A stretch of DNA of 64,000 nucleotides from an uncultured Chloroflexia bacterium. GTDB lineage: Bacteria; Chloroflexota; Limnocylindria; Limnocylindrales; CSP1-4. The notes below the pieces were generated by a model. It was not told where the DNA came from and did not search any database. It saw only the letters and a program-made list of their open reading frames with translations. Position numbers and translations under genes: made by a program. The stretch lies in contig CAVVCZ010000004.1 in NCBI GenBank assembly GCA_963746845.1, positions 1,120,001-1,184,000 on the forward strand, given 5' to 3'. Positions 18,977 through 30,272 of the stretch are shown here, in pieces. Within the stretch, counting starts at the first letter, position 1; each line of letters begins with the position of its first letter.

Positions 18977-19043
18977 AACCGGCGGCGCGCCGCGGGGCGA
19001 CGCCCGGCACCGGCGCCGCACTACCGCGGCTGCGGCGGGGACC

Positions 19044-20780
<1,737 letters not shown>

Positions 20781-20856
20781 CAGTGCCCTCCAGGTTCGAG
20801 GTTGAGAAGGAACGTCGTGGAGAAGAGACGATCACTGCGTTCGTCGCGCATGGATG

Positions 20857-22764
20857 TCATGCACGCACGAGGACGGTTGCCTGTTCGATCTGGCGATCGA
20901 CGGCCCGTCGTGATTCGTTGGTCTGACGCTGGAGATCGAGCAGACGGGTCACGTTCTCGCGATCGCCACGGCCCTCGGCCGAGAGGATCTCGGCGGCGAC
21001 CCAGTCGGCCCGCTCGTCGAGCCGGAGACGCTCGAGGCGCATCAGGCAGCGGTCGACCGCATAGGTGATCCGGTCCGCCCCGATGACGCCGAGGTCCGGC
21101 GACGGGCGGGCGAGGATCGCCTGGGCGAGGGCGCGGATCTCGTCGTCCAGGCCGGCCATCAATGCCGACATCGAGAACGGCGGATGGATGCCCTGGTCGT
21201 TCGAATCGCGCTGGAGGACGATCGCCCGGTACAGCTCCCGGGCCGGGGTCGACGGCAGCTGGTCGGGACCGAGCTCGTCGGCGACGCGGAGCTGCTGGTC
21301 CGGGACGAGCAGGATCAGGCGGAGCAGCTCCTCCTCGACGGGCGTGATCGCCGCGAGGATCCGGTCGACCGGGAGCGCGTCCGCAGCGCCGATGACCGCG
21401 TCGGCGGTGATCCGGCCCTGGACGGCGGCGGCCTGCGGGCTCCGGTGCAGAACCTCGAGCACCGACCGCTCCTCCACCCCGGACACGCGGTGGATCGTCT
21501 GGAGGTACGCGTCGCGCATCACCGGGTTCGGGATGGCCCGGAGCGTCGGCACGATCGCGTCGACGAAGCGGGCCTTGCCGCCGGGCGTCTTCAGGTCGAC
21601 GGCGCGGGCGTGCTGGTCGATCAGGTAGTCGACGATCGGCTGGGCCGTCCGGACCTCCTCGCGCCACCGGTCGGGTGTCTCGCGCAGGACCTCGTCGGGG
21701 TCCTTGCCGTCCGGCAGCCGGACCACCCGGACCTCGTCGAGCTCGACCCCCGTGTCGGCGGCGGCCAGTTGCGGAATGATCGACTCCAGGGCGTTGACCC
21801 CGAAGGTGCCCGCCTTCTCGCCGGCGGCATCGACGTCGTACGCCAGCGCGATCTTCTTCGCGTACCGCGTGATCACGGCGACCTGGCCGGGCGTCAGCGC
21901 CGTGCCGAGCGACGCGACGACGTTGTCGAAGCCGACCTGGTGGGCCATCAGCGCGTCCGTGTAGCCCTCGACGATCACCGCCTGGTTGGTCTTCCGCATC
22001 GGTCCCTTCGCGCGGTCGATCAGGTATAGCGTCCGGCTCTTGTCGAAGAGCGGCGTCGCGGGCGAGTTCAGGTACTTCGGGCCATGATCGCGGCCGTCGT
22101 CGGCCGACGCGAGGATCCGGCCACCGAGCCCGACGGCGGAGCCGTTCATGTCCCGGATCGGGAAGATCACCCGCTCGCGGAAGCGGTCGTAGACACCGCC
22201 GCGCGCCGACTGGCGCGGCTGGGCGAGACCCGCCTCGACCAGGTCATCCGCGCCGATCTGTCGCTTCGTCGCGAGCGTCCGCGCGAGAGTGTCCCAGCCG
22301 CCGGGCGCGTAGCCGAGCTGATGGGTCGTGATCGTGTCGTCCGTGAACCCGCGGCCACGGAGATAGTCGAGCGCCTCCTGACCCGCCTTCGAGCCGGTCA
22401 GGACCGCGTGATAGAAGGCGATCGCCGACTCCATGACCGTGCGGAGCCGCGCCCGCCGGGCGTCCTCGCGCGTCGTCCGCTCGTCGAGCTCGACGCCGGC
22501 CTTGGCGGCGAGGACCTTGAGCGCCTCCGGGAAGGTCAGCGAGTCGCGCTTCATGACGAAGTTGAAGACGTCGCCGCCCTCGCCGCAGCCGAAGCACTTC
22601 CACGACTCCCGGGCCGGGGTCACCGTGAACGACGGGGTCTTCTCGCCGTGGAACGGGCAGAGGCCCTTGTAGGTCGAGCCCGCCTTCTTCAGCTGGACCG
22701 TCTCGCCGACAACGTCGACGACGCTCAGCTTGCTCTTGATCTCGGCGGTGACCCCGACCGACAA
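20857..22764 (-). CDS. dnaG: DNA primase
   Basis: CPFHGEKTPSF..CFGC zinc finger, DRFRER..FPI, PKYLNSP, EGY.D, TOPRIM YDVDAAG, KDPDE; TTG start after AGGAGG. Confidence 0.98.
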   Translation of the reverse strand: MSVGVTAEIKSKLSVVDVVGETVQLKKAGSTYKGLCPFHGEKTPSFTVTPARESWKCFGCGEGGDVFNFVMKRDSLTFPEALKVLAAKAGVELDERTTREDARRARLRTVMESAIAFYHAVLTGSKAGQEALDYLRGRGFTDDTITTHQLGYAPGGWDTLARTLATKRQIGADDLVEAGLAQPRQSARGGVYDRFRERVIFPIRDMNGSAVGLGGRILASADDGRDHGPKYLNSPATPLFDKSRTLYLIDRAKGPMRKTNQAVIVEGYTDALMAHQVGFDNVVASLGTALTPGQVAVITRYAKKIALAYDVDAAGEKAGTFGVNALESIIPQLAAADTGVELDEVRVVRLPDGKDPDEVLRETPDRWREEVRTAQPIVDYLIDQHARAVDLKTPGGKARFVDAIVPTLRAIPNPVMRDAYLQTIHRVSGVEERSVLEVLHRSPQAAAVQGRITADAVIGAADALPVDRILAAITPVEEELLRLILLVPDQQLRVADELGPDQLPSTPARELYRAIVLQRDSNDQGIHPPFSMSALMAGLDDEIRALAQAILARPSPDLGVIGADRITYAVDRCLMRLERLRLDERADWVAAEILSAEGRGDRENVTRLLDLQRQTNESRRAVDRQIEQATVLVRA

Positions 22765-22842
22765 GCCGTCCTCCTGCCCTCGCGGGCTCGCCCCGGACCT
22801 CGTCGCGTCATGCAGCGCGGCCCGGCGCCGGACATGACTGTG

Positions 22843-22917
22843 GGCTTGTCAAGACTTGACAAGCCACTCGAGCGGATCATACCACCCGGTTGTCAATACT
22901 GGTGGAGGGTATTGACA
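22843..22917. promoter_or_regulatory. Two TGTCAA/TTGACA inverted repeats flanking an extended -10 (TGgTATGAT, minus strand) of dnaG-rpoD
   Basis: ggcttgtcaag-a-cttgacaagcc (22843-22865); tgtcaatac-N9-gtattgaca (22891-22917); atcatacca at 22876-22884. Confidence 0.6.
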
Positions 22918-23068
22918 GGTTCAGTCCGAGTGCCGAGGCCGTCGTGGGGCGGAAGACACACCACTGCCGTGTCTCGAGGTCCGTGGCGGACGTATCGTTG
23001 ACGCCCAGCTCGGCGCACCACGGACTTCACCGGGCAGGTTCATCGCGGCGCGGGCAACTGAGGCGACG

Positions 23069-24361
23069 ATGGAGACGGAACTGGCGCTCCTCGCGTTGCT
23101 GGTCGCCGGCTATGCGCTCATCGCGGCCCGCCTCGACCGACTGTCGGTTGGGCCGGCGCTCGCCTTCATGGCCATCGGCATCCTTCTGGCCGATGACGTT
23201 CTTGGGCCGATCTCGTTCGAGCCCCAGGCCGAACCGCTCAGGGTCCTCGCCGAGGCGACACTGACGCTGATCTTGTTCGCCGACGCCTCCACGATCCGGG
23301 CACGGGCCTTGCGTCATGATGCTGCCCCCGTCGCGCGACTGCTGATCATCGGGTTGTTGCTCACGATCACGCTCGGGACCGTTGCCGCGCTCCTGTTGTT
23401 TCCCGGCACTCCATTGGGCATCGCCATGCTCATCGGCGCCGCCCTGGCGCCGACCGACGCGGCCCTCGGCCAACCGGTCGTCACGAACCCGGTCGTGCCC
23501 GCGCGGATCCGACGCCTGTTGAACGTCGAGAGTGGCCTCAACGACGGGATCGCGACTCCGTTCGTGTTCCTGGCGCTTGCCCTGTCGACCACGGAAGGGA
23601 CAGGTGGCTCTGGCTGGCTGGTCGAGGCGCTGACCGAGACGACGGTCGGCATCGTCATCGGCGTCGCCGCCGGTTTCGCCGGTGGGTCCCTGCTGCGCAT
23701 CGCCGATCGGCTGCGATGGACATCCGGTGTCTCGCGTCAACTCTTCGTGCTTGCCTTGGCGGTTGCGTGTTACCTGGTGGCCGTCAGCGTCGGCGGGAAC
23801 GGGTTCATCGCCGCGTTCGTCGGCGGCCTGGCCTTCGCTGGAGGCAGCCTATGGCGCGAGGAGAGCGCTGTGGAGTTCACCGAGACGCAGGGATCGCTGC
23901 TCGCGATCGGCGTGTGGATCGCGTTCGGCCTCACCCTCGCCGGCAGGCTCCTGACCGATCTGTGGGACCCGGCCGCGATCGCATATGCGGTCCTCAGCCT
24001 CACCGTCATCCGCCTGCTGCCGGTCGGGATCGCCCTCGTGGGCACGCGCTTCAGGCCATCGACCGTCCTGTTCATCGGTTGGTTCGGCCCGCGCGGCCTG
24101 GCCTCGATCGTGTTCCTCATCGTCGGCCTCGAAGGCCTGCAGGAGGCCGGCGTCGAGCCCGGCCCATTCGGTGCCGCGGTGGCGTGGACCGTGCTTCTGT
24201 CGGTCATCGCGCACGGGCTCAGCGCGGGGCCGCTCGCCGAGCGGTACGGCCGGCGCGCGACGGAGCTGCCGCCGGACGCGCCCGAGCGCGAAGACGCGAT
24301 CGAACCGAAACCGGCGCGCGTCCCGTGGGCCGGCGAGCGGCCGATGGGACCGCTGGCGTAA
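23069..24361 (+). CDS. Cation:proton antiporter (CPA1/NhaP-like)
   Basis: LFADA, LAPTDAALG, NVESGLNDG, GWFGPRGLASIVF; about 12 TM segments. Confidence 0.92.
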   Translation: METELALLALLVAGYALIAARLDRLSVGPALAFMAIGILLADDVLGPISFEPQAEPLRVLAEATLTLILFADASTIRARALRHDAAPVARLLIIGLLLTITLGTVAALLLFPGTPLGIAMLIGAALAPTDAALGQPVVTNPVVPARIRRLLNVESGLNDGIATPFVFLALALSTTEGTGGSGWLVEALTETTVGIVIGVAAGFAGGSLLRIADRLRWTSGVSRQLFVLALAVACYLVAVSVGGNGFIAAFVGGLAFAGGSLWREESAVEFTETQGSLLAIGVWIAFGLTLAGRLLTDLWDPAAIAYAVLSLTVIRLLPVGIALVGTRFRPSTVLFIGWFGPRGLASIVFLIVGLEGLQEAGVEPGPFGAAVAWTVLLSVIAHGLSAGPLAERYGRRATELPPDAPEREDAIEPKPARVPWAGERPMGPLA

Positions 24362-24492
24362 CGGCCCGCGCACTCCCTCGAGAGCATCGCTGCCGCTTCA
24401 CGCTCGAGATCAACGTACGGCTCGCCGCTGACATCCAGCGCGCACCCGACCACGACGCGCCCCGGCCCCCCGCGGGGCGGCACAATGCCGCG

Positions 24493-26130
24493 ATGGGAGG
24501 AACGCGCACCCAGACAGTCGCCCGGCGGATGCCCGCGTTCCTGAGCGACCTGTGGGCCGAGCCGGAAGCCTTCCGGACCCTGCTCGTCGCCGCCGCATCA
24601 CTCGGCGCCGTCGGCCTGAATCCTCCGGTCACGTCGCCCGCGCTGCCGAACATCCAGGCGACGATCCGCGCCCAACCCGAGGTCAACACCCTCGTCCTGC
24701 TGATGACGCTCGTCGCCGCGGGCCTGCTCTTCGTCGGAGGCATCCTGGGCGACACCGACGGGCGGCGCAGGATCCTGCTCGGCGCCCTCGGTGTACTCGC
24801 GATCGCGAACGCCGTCGGCCCGATCGTCCCGGACGGCGTGCCGTTCATGCTCGACCGCCTGGCGAGCGCCGCGGCGGCGTACACCGCGCTGCCGTTCGCG
24901 CTGGCCCTCGTTGCGACGACCTATCAGGGTCTGCTCCGGGCGACGGCGATCGGGGTGGCCTACGCCGCCTACGCCGGCGGGACCGCCATTGCCCCGGTCC
25001 TCGTGACGATCCTCGGACCGGGTGGCCCGATGTGGCCCGCGTTCCTCATCGGCGCAGCGGCGGCCGCCCTCGCGTTCTGGTTCGCGCGGCCGCGGGCCCG
25101 GAACCTGGCCGCGATCGCCCACGACGATCGACGGTACGTGGTCACGACGGCGATCTGGGCCTTCGCGATCGTCATGGTCACCGCGGGCCTCGTGGATCTC
25201 GGGAACCGAGCCGGCGCCGCTGTCCGGATCGGGCTCGTCGCGATGGGTCTGGCGTTGGCCGTTGCCGTCATCCTCTGGGAGCGCCGGCACCATGTCGGAC
25301 CGTCCGGCAATCGCGTGCTCCGCCGCCCGGTGGCCGTCGCGATCGCGGTCGGCGTCGTCGTCAGCTTCGCCCAGGCGGCCCCGCTCTTCCAGCTGCCGAT
25401 CTTCTTCTATCTCGTGCTCCGCTACGGGTCCGTCCTCGCCGCGCTCGCCACGGCGCCATTCATCATCGCGCTCGTGATCGCAGGCCCCGTGGCGGGCGTG
25501 CTGCTGACGAGGTTCGGGCCGCGCACGCTTGTCGCCGGCGGCGCCGCGGCGGTCGGGCTCGGCAATGTCTTCGCGGCAACCGTCCTTGGACGGGACGTCG
25601 CCTACGCGGCGATGATCGTGCCGCTGGTCCTGATCGGGGCGGGGTTCGTGATCGCGACGACGGTCCGAACGGCGATCATCTTCGCGAGCGTGTCACGCGG
25701 CCTCCCGGCGACCGCGGCGGCCCTGAATGAGGCATCCGTGCTGGTCGGCAGCCGGATCGGGCTCGCCGCGCTGACCGCCCTGATCACCCAGCGGGCCCTC
25801 GACGTCTACGCGAGCACCCTGACAGGCCTCGATCCTGCCCAGCAGCAGAGCGCGATCGGAGCCTTCCGGGACGTCCTCGTCGCGATCGGGATGCCGGGCT
25901 TCTACCAGATCGCGAGCTCGCTGAGCCCGGTGGACGTGGCGTCCTACATCGCCGCCATCGTGGAGGCGTACCGGGAGAGCCTGTTCGGCACCGGCCTGTT
26001 GGCGCTGGCCGCCGCCCCGATCGCGTGGATCGCCCTCGGCCGGCGCGACCCGCTGACGACCGTCTGGGACCACCTCGACGAGCGGCCGGAGGGCGCGCCG
26101 GCGGCCCCGGCCGCCGCCGCCTCCGACTGA
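24493..26130 (+). CDS. MFS transporter (DHA2/EmrB-like)
   Basis: GILGDTDGRRR motif A, second G.L..RFGPR motif, about 14 TM segments. Confidence 0.85.
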   Translation: MGGTRTQTVARRMPAFLSDLWAEPEAFRTLLVAAASLGAVGLNPPVTSPALPNIQATIRAQPEVNTLVLLMTLVAAGLLFVGGILGDTDGRRRILLGALGVLAIANAVGPIVPDGVPFMLDRLASAAAAYTALPFALALVATTYQGLLRATAIGVAYAAYAGGTAIAPVLVTILGPGGPMWPAFLIGAAAAALAFWFARPRARNLAAIAHDDRRYVVTTAIWAFAIVMVTAGLVDLGNRAGAAVRIGLVAMGLALAVAVILWERRHHVGPSGNRVLRRPVAVAIAVGVVVSFAQAAPLFQLPIFFYLVLRYGSVLAALATAPFIIALVIAGPVAGVLLTRFGPRTLVAGGAAAVGLGNVFAATVLGRDVAYAAMIVPLVLIGAGFVIATTVRTAIIFASVSRGLPATAAALNEASVLVGSRIGLAALTALITQRALDVYASTLTGLDPAQQQSAIGAFRDVLVAIGMPGFYQIASSLSPVDVASYIAAIVEAYRESLFGTGLLALAAAPIAWIALGRRDPLTTVWDHLDERPEGAPAAPAAAASD

Positions 26131-26155
26131 CCTTGCGCGGTCGGGGACGGCCGCG

Positions 26156-26638
26156 CTACGACGTTGCGCGGACGAACGTCAGCGACGTTGGCTGAGTCCC
26201 GGGCGCATTCATGACCAGGGTGTCGCCGGTGACGGTGTACTGGCTCGCCAGGGCGAGCGCCTGGAGGTATGCGGCCTCGATCGTGGAGCCGGGCTCGGGG
26301 CACTGGACCTTCGTCGACTGGACCTGGTCGAAGTGGATCGTCTTGTCGGTGATGACGGCGATGGCGGTGAACGTGTTGCAGCCGGCATTCCCGCGTGCGG
26401 CGTTCCCATCGAACGTGATGTCCGGAAGGATGGCCGCCGGGACGTTCTGCTGCACGCCACCGGGCCCCGTATAGCTCGTGAGGATCCACCGGCCGTCGAG
26501 GGCGGACCCGCCGCTCGCCCCGGCTGACGGCGAGGGCGTGGCCGAGCTGCCGCACGCCATCACGAGCATGGCGACGATCAGGCCGAGGGCCACGATCATC
26601 GCTGCGCCCGGCCGGCGCTTCGGCATCTGAGCCATCAC
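26156..26638 (-). CDS. META-domain (HslJ-like) lipoprotein
   Basis: Lipobox VMAC; W.L, GNAGCNTF, STKVQC, E.AYL.AL; AAAGGAGG SD. Confidence 0.88.
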   Translation of the reverse strand: MMAQMPKRRPGAAMIVALGLIVAMLVMACGSSATPSPSAGASGGSALDGRWILTSYTGPGGVQQNVPAAILPDITFDGNAARGNAGCNTFTAIAVITDKTIHFDQVQSTKVQCPEPGSTIEAAYLQALALASQYTVTGDTLVMNAPGTQPTSLTFVRATS

Positions 26639-26779
26639 TCACGTCCCTCCTTTGCGAGCGCGCCGCGCGGGCGCCGAGCGGATCGTACCGCGCCGCGCCA
26701 GTCGCGCGTCCCCGTGCCGGCCAACGGCCTGCCCAAATCGGGCCATTCGGCAGGTGGCGCAACGAGCCGTCCGACCGGA

Positions 26780-26804
26780 AACTCGTATCAACTTGATATG
26801 AGTT
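26780..26804. promoter_or_regulatory. 12-1-12 palindromic operator upstream of nirK (candidate Rrf2/NsrR-type box)
   Basis: AACTCGTATCAA-C-TTGATATGAGTT, 11/12 symmetric, AT-rich in a very GC-rich background, 41 nt before the nirK ATG. Confidence 0.75.
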
Positions 26805-26845
26805 CCTGCAGTGGCTCCGGCCCGACCGGAGCAAGGAGCGCTCCG

Positions 26846-28297
26846 ATGAGTCGCCAACGAATCCTTTCCGTCGTCCTCGGCCTCGGTCTGCTCGCCGGCT
26901 GTGCCGCCCCGGCCCGTCAGGCGCCGAACGGGATCCCGAACGCTACACCCTTGCCGCAGGGCGCAGCCGTCGACGCCGCAGCCCCGACCGGCAGCGACAT
27001 GGCCGGCATGGCCGGCATGGGCGGGGGAACCGGCACGACGGGGTCGTCCGGAGCGGGGGCTGTTGCCGCGGTGGCCGAAGGCGGGACAATCGCGGTCGAG
27101 GCCTTCGATCTCGGGTTCACGCCCGCGAAGCTCGACGTCGCGAAGCCCGGGACCTATCCGGTGACGTTCAAGAACACCGGATCGACGACCCACGACATGA
27201 CGTTCGCCGACGGGACGAAGCTGACGGCGGAGGCCGGCGCGACCGTCACGGGAACGGTCGCGGTGCCCGCCCAGGGGATCACGTTCCTGTGCTCGATCCC
27301 CGGTCACGCGGCTGCCGGCATGACCGGGTCGGTCCTCGTGTCGGGGTCGGCCCCGGCAACCGCGACCGCCTCGGGCGCCCCATCGACCGCGACGTCAGGC
27401 GCGGCGCCCGTCGAGGACCCGAGTGCTCCGCCATCCATCCTCCGAGACCCTGCCGCACCGCCCGTCCTGTCGGGCACCACCCATGACGTCACGCTGCCGA
27501 TCGTCGAGCGCGACGTGACGGTCGCGAAGGGCTTCGTCGTCCACGCCTGGACGTTCGGCGGCACCGTCCCCGGACCCACCATCCGGGTCCACCTCGGGGA
27601 CACCGTGCGGGTCCACCTCACGAACGAGGGGACCATGAGCCACTCGATCGACTTCCATGCGAGCCAGACGGCGATGAACGATCAGATGGTCGAGATCAAG
27701 CCCGGCGACAGCTTCACCTACACGTTCAAGGCGGACTACGCCGGCGTCTGGATGTATCACTGCGGCACGGCGCCCGCCCTGCATCACATCGCGAACGGGA
27801 TGTTCGGCATGGTGATCGTCGAGCCGAAGGGCGGGTTCACACCGGTGGACCAGGAGGTCGCGCTCGTCCAGAGCGAGTGGTACCTCGGCGCGCAGGGGCA
27901 GCCCGTCGACTACGCCAAGGCCAGCGTTGGCGCGCCGGCACCCGACTTCGTGGTGTTCAACGGCATCGCCAACCAGTACAAGGACCACCCGGTCCAGGTC
28001 ACCACGAAGGGACGCGTGCGGGTCTTCGTCCTCGACGCCGGGCCGAACATCGACAGCTCGTTCCACGTGGTCGGCACGATCTTCGACACGGTCGTCAAGG
28101 AGGGGATCGTCCTCGCGAAGGGGAACCCCGAAGGCTGGGGCAGCCAGGCGGTCGACCTGGCGCCGGCCCAGGGTGCGATCATCGAGTTCAGCCCACGCGA
28201 GGACGGGATGTACCCCTTCGTCACCCACGCGTTCAACTTCGTCGGGCGCGGCGCCGTCGGCCTGTTCATGGCCGGCGACGGCGACCCGAAGAACTGA
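26846..28297 (+). CDS. nirK: Copper-containing nitrite reductase with lipoprotein signal and extra N-terminal cupredoxin domain
   Basis: AAGGAG SD; lipobox LLAGC; cupredoxin HDM...CSIPGHAAAGM; NirK motifs HSIDFH (catalytic Asp), YHC.....HHIANGM, SSFHVVG (catalytic His), YPFVTH. Confidence 0.88.
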   Translation: MSRQRILSVVLGLGLLAGCAAPARQAPNGIPNATPLPQGAAVDAAAPTGSDMAGMAGMGGGTGTTGSSGAGAVAAVAEGGTIAVEAFDLGFTPAKLDVAKPGTYPVTFKNTGSTTHDMTFADGTKLTAEAGATVTGTVAVPAQGITFLCSIPGHAAAGMTGSVLVSGSAPATATASGAPSTATSGAAPVEDPSAPPSILRDPAAPPVLSGTTHDVTLPIVERDVTVAKGFVVHAWTFGGTVPGPTIRVHLGDTVRVHLTNEGTMSHSIDFHASQTAMNDQMVEIKPGDSFTYTFKADYAGVWMYHCGTAPALHHIANGMFGMVIVEPKGGFTPVDQEVALVQSEWYLGAQGQPVDYAKASVGAPAPDFVVFNGIANQYKDHPVQVTTKGRVRVFVLDAGPNIDSSFHVVGTIFDTVVKEGIVLAKGNPEGWGSQAVDLAPAQGAIIEFSPREDGMYPFVTHAFNFVGRGAVGLFMAGDGDPKN

Positions 28298-28300
28298 GCG

Positions 28301-28735
28301 ATGCGGCTCGAGCTCACCAAGCGGGCGGATTACGCGATCCGGGCCGTCGTCGCCCTCGGCGGGGCCGGCCCGGACGAACGCCTGAGCGTCCGCCGGATCG
28401 CGACCGACCGGGCGATCCCGGTCCGGTTTCTGTCCCGGGTGATGGCCGACCTCGTCGGTGCCGGGCTCGTCGAGGGGACCGAGGGCCGAGGCGGCGGCTA
28501 TCGACTCGCTCGCCCGGCGTCGTCGATCTCGCTCCTCGAGGTGATCGAGGCGGTCGAGGGCGACAGCCGTCGCCGGGTGTGCATCCTGCGGGGTGGCCCG
28601 TGCCAGCTGGCCGGCGTGTGCGACGTGCACGCAGTGTTCGCCGCCGCCGAGGAGGACACCCTGCGGGAGCTCTCGGCGGCGACGATCGGTGGGATCGTGG
28701 CCCGGCGGTCCGACGGTCGGGCGCGGGCCGGCTAG
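28301..28735 (+). CDS. Rrf2 family transcriptional regulator (Fe-S binding)
   Basis: DYAIRA, G..GGYRLAR, ISLLEVIEAVEG, C-x6-C-x5-C-x2-H. Confidence 0.92.
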   Translation: MRLELTKRADYAIRAVVALGGAGPDERLSVRRIATDRAIPVRFLSRVMADLVGAGLVEGTEGRGGGYRLARPASSISLLEVIEAVEGDSRRRVCILRGGPCQLAGVCDVHAVFAAAEEDTLRELSAATIGGIVARRSDGRARAG

Positions 28736-29130
28736 ATCGTCGCGTCCGTGAGGGCGAAGCGAAGGCCGGCCACGAGCACGACGACATCCACGATCGCAGC
28801 CGCGATCGTGCTGGTCGTCGGGAACGCCATCGGGAAGAGCAGCAGCCCGGCCAGCGACGCGAGGCTCGCCCCGATCGCCAGCGGCGGCCACCACTCCGCC
28901 GGCAGCCAACCGACGGTGACCGCGGCGAGGGCCGCGAAGCCGACGATCGAGGCCGACCAGAGGGCGATGCCGACGGCCTGGCTGGGACCGATCCCCATGA
29001 GGCCGGAGAGCAGCCACGACTCGCCGCCCCACTCCGGGTTTACCGTCGCGACCTTGAAGACCTGGAGCATGCCGAGAATGTGACCAATTCCGTGGGCCAG
29101 CAGGACCACGGCGATCACGACCTTGATCAT
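28732..29130 (-). CDS. Hypothetical membrane protein (HGxGH motif)
   Basis: GGAGG SD; four TM segments; AHGIGH, SWLL and WW motifs. Confidence 0.75.
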   Translation of the reverse strand: MIKVVIAVVLLAHGIGHILGMLQVFKVATVNPEWGGESWLLSGLMGIGPSQAVGIALWSASIVGFAALAAVTVGWLPAEWWPPLAIGASLASLAGLLLFPMAFPTTSTIAAAIVDVVVLVAGLRFALTDATI

Positions 29131-29365
29131 CGCGTGACCTCCATGCATCGGGTGTCTTGCGGGCTCCACGGTCGGGCCGGGGGGTCCGGCGACGCGAGAG
29201 CCGTTGGACCCGTTCGCCCGGACCACTCGGACCATGCCGGGCAGAACCGGCCGGTGCGCCCGTCCGATCCGGGCCGATCGGCCCTGCCGCCCTGCGGCGC
29301 ACACCGGTACGGTCGATGCGGCACCGACGAGGACCTGCGAGGTGCCGATGCGAAGGGATGCCACG

Positions 29366-30202
29366 ATGGAACTCGTCCGCTCGACCACGATCTCCCAGCG
29401 CCTCGCGGCGCTTGCCGGGCTCGTGGCCGGCATCACCGCGCTCGCGGGCTTCCTCCCGGGCGCCTACCGCGACTCCCACCCGCTCGTCGTCCAGTCGCAC
29501 GGCCAGGACCTGGCGACGCTCGTGATCGCGCTGCCCGTCCTCGCGCTCGCGCTGCGGGGCGCCGTGCGTGGCTCCGTGCGGAGCCGGCTGGTCATGATCG
29601 GCGCGCTCGGGTATCTCCTGTACACGTACGCGGTCTACGCGTTCGTGTCGATCCTCGGGCCACTCACCGCGCTCGACATCGCCGTCGTCGGGCTCGCCGC
29701 GTGGGCGATCGTGTTCTCGGGTCCGGACGTGCCCGACGATCGAGTCGAGGCCGCCGTCGGGTCCCACCTCCGGGCCCGCGCCACCGGCGTGTTCCTCCTC
29801 GTCGTCGCCGCGCTGTTCGCGCTGCTCTGGACGAGCCAGATCGCGTCCGCCTCGATGAGCGGCCACTCGCCCCAGGCCCTCGTGGACGCCGGCTGGCCGA
29901 CGAGCCCGATCTACGTCCTCGACCTCGCCTTCGCGCTGCCGCTCGCGGTCATCACCGCCCGCCGGCTGCTCACCGGACGGCCCGGCGGCGTCCGGCTCGC
30001 GGTGCCGTATCTCGTGTTCGTCCCGCTCCTCGCCTCGGGCATCCTCGTGATGAGCCTCGTCGCGGGCGGCGACGGCCAGGCGCTCGACGCGGTCCAGATC
30101 GTCCTGTTCGGCCTGATGACCCTCGTCGGGGCAACGCTCGCCGCGATGGCCCTCGATCCGCGGTCGGCATCCGTCCGGACGACGCACTCGTTCGCCGGCT
30201 GA
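29366..30202 (+). CDS. Hypothetical multi-pass membrane protein
   Basis: About eight TM segments; GQDL.TL, G.L.YL.Y.Y, P.YVLDL patterns. Confidence 0.75.
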   Translation: MELVRSTTISQRLAALAGLVAGITALAGFLPGAYRDSHPLVVQSHGQDLATLVIALPVLALALRGAVRGSVRSRLVMIGALGYLLYTYAVYAFVSILGPLTALDIAVVGLAAWAIVFSGPDVPDDRVEAAVGSHLRARATGVFLLVVAALFALLWTSQIASASMSGHSPQALVDAGWPTSPIYVLDLAFALPLAVITARRLLTGRPGGVRLAVPYLVFVPLLASGILVMSLVAGGDGQALDAVQIVLFGLMTLVGATLAAMALDPRSASVRTTHSFAG

Positions 30203-30272
30203 GGGAGCGCTCGCGGAGCCCCGGCGCCCCGGAACCCGGGCGCCCCGGCGACGCCTGGACTACCCTCCGCTC

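Noticed and set aside
24362-24480. Protein-like snippet between the antiporter and MFS genes
   Set aside because: Could be a gene remnant, but I could not assign a family or a reading frame.
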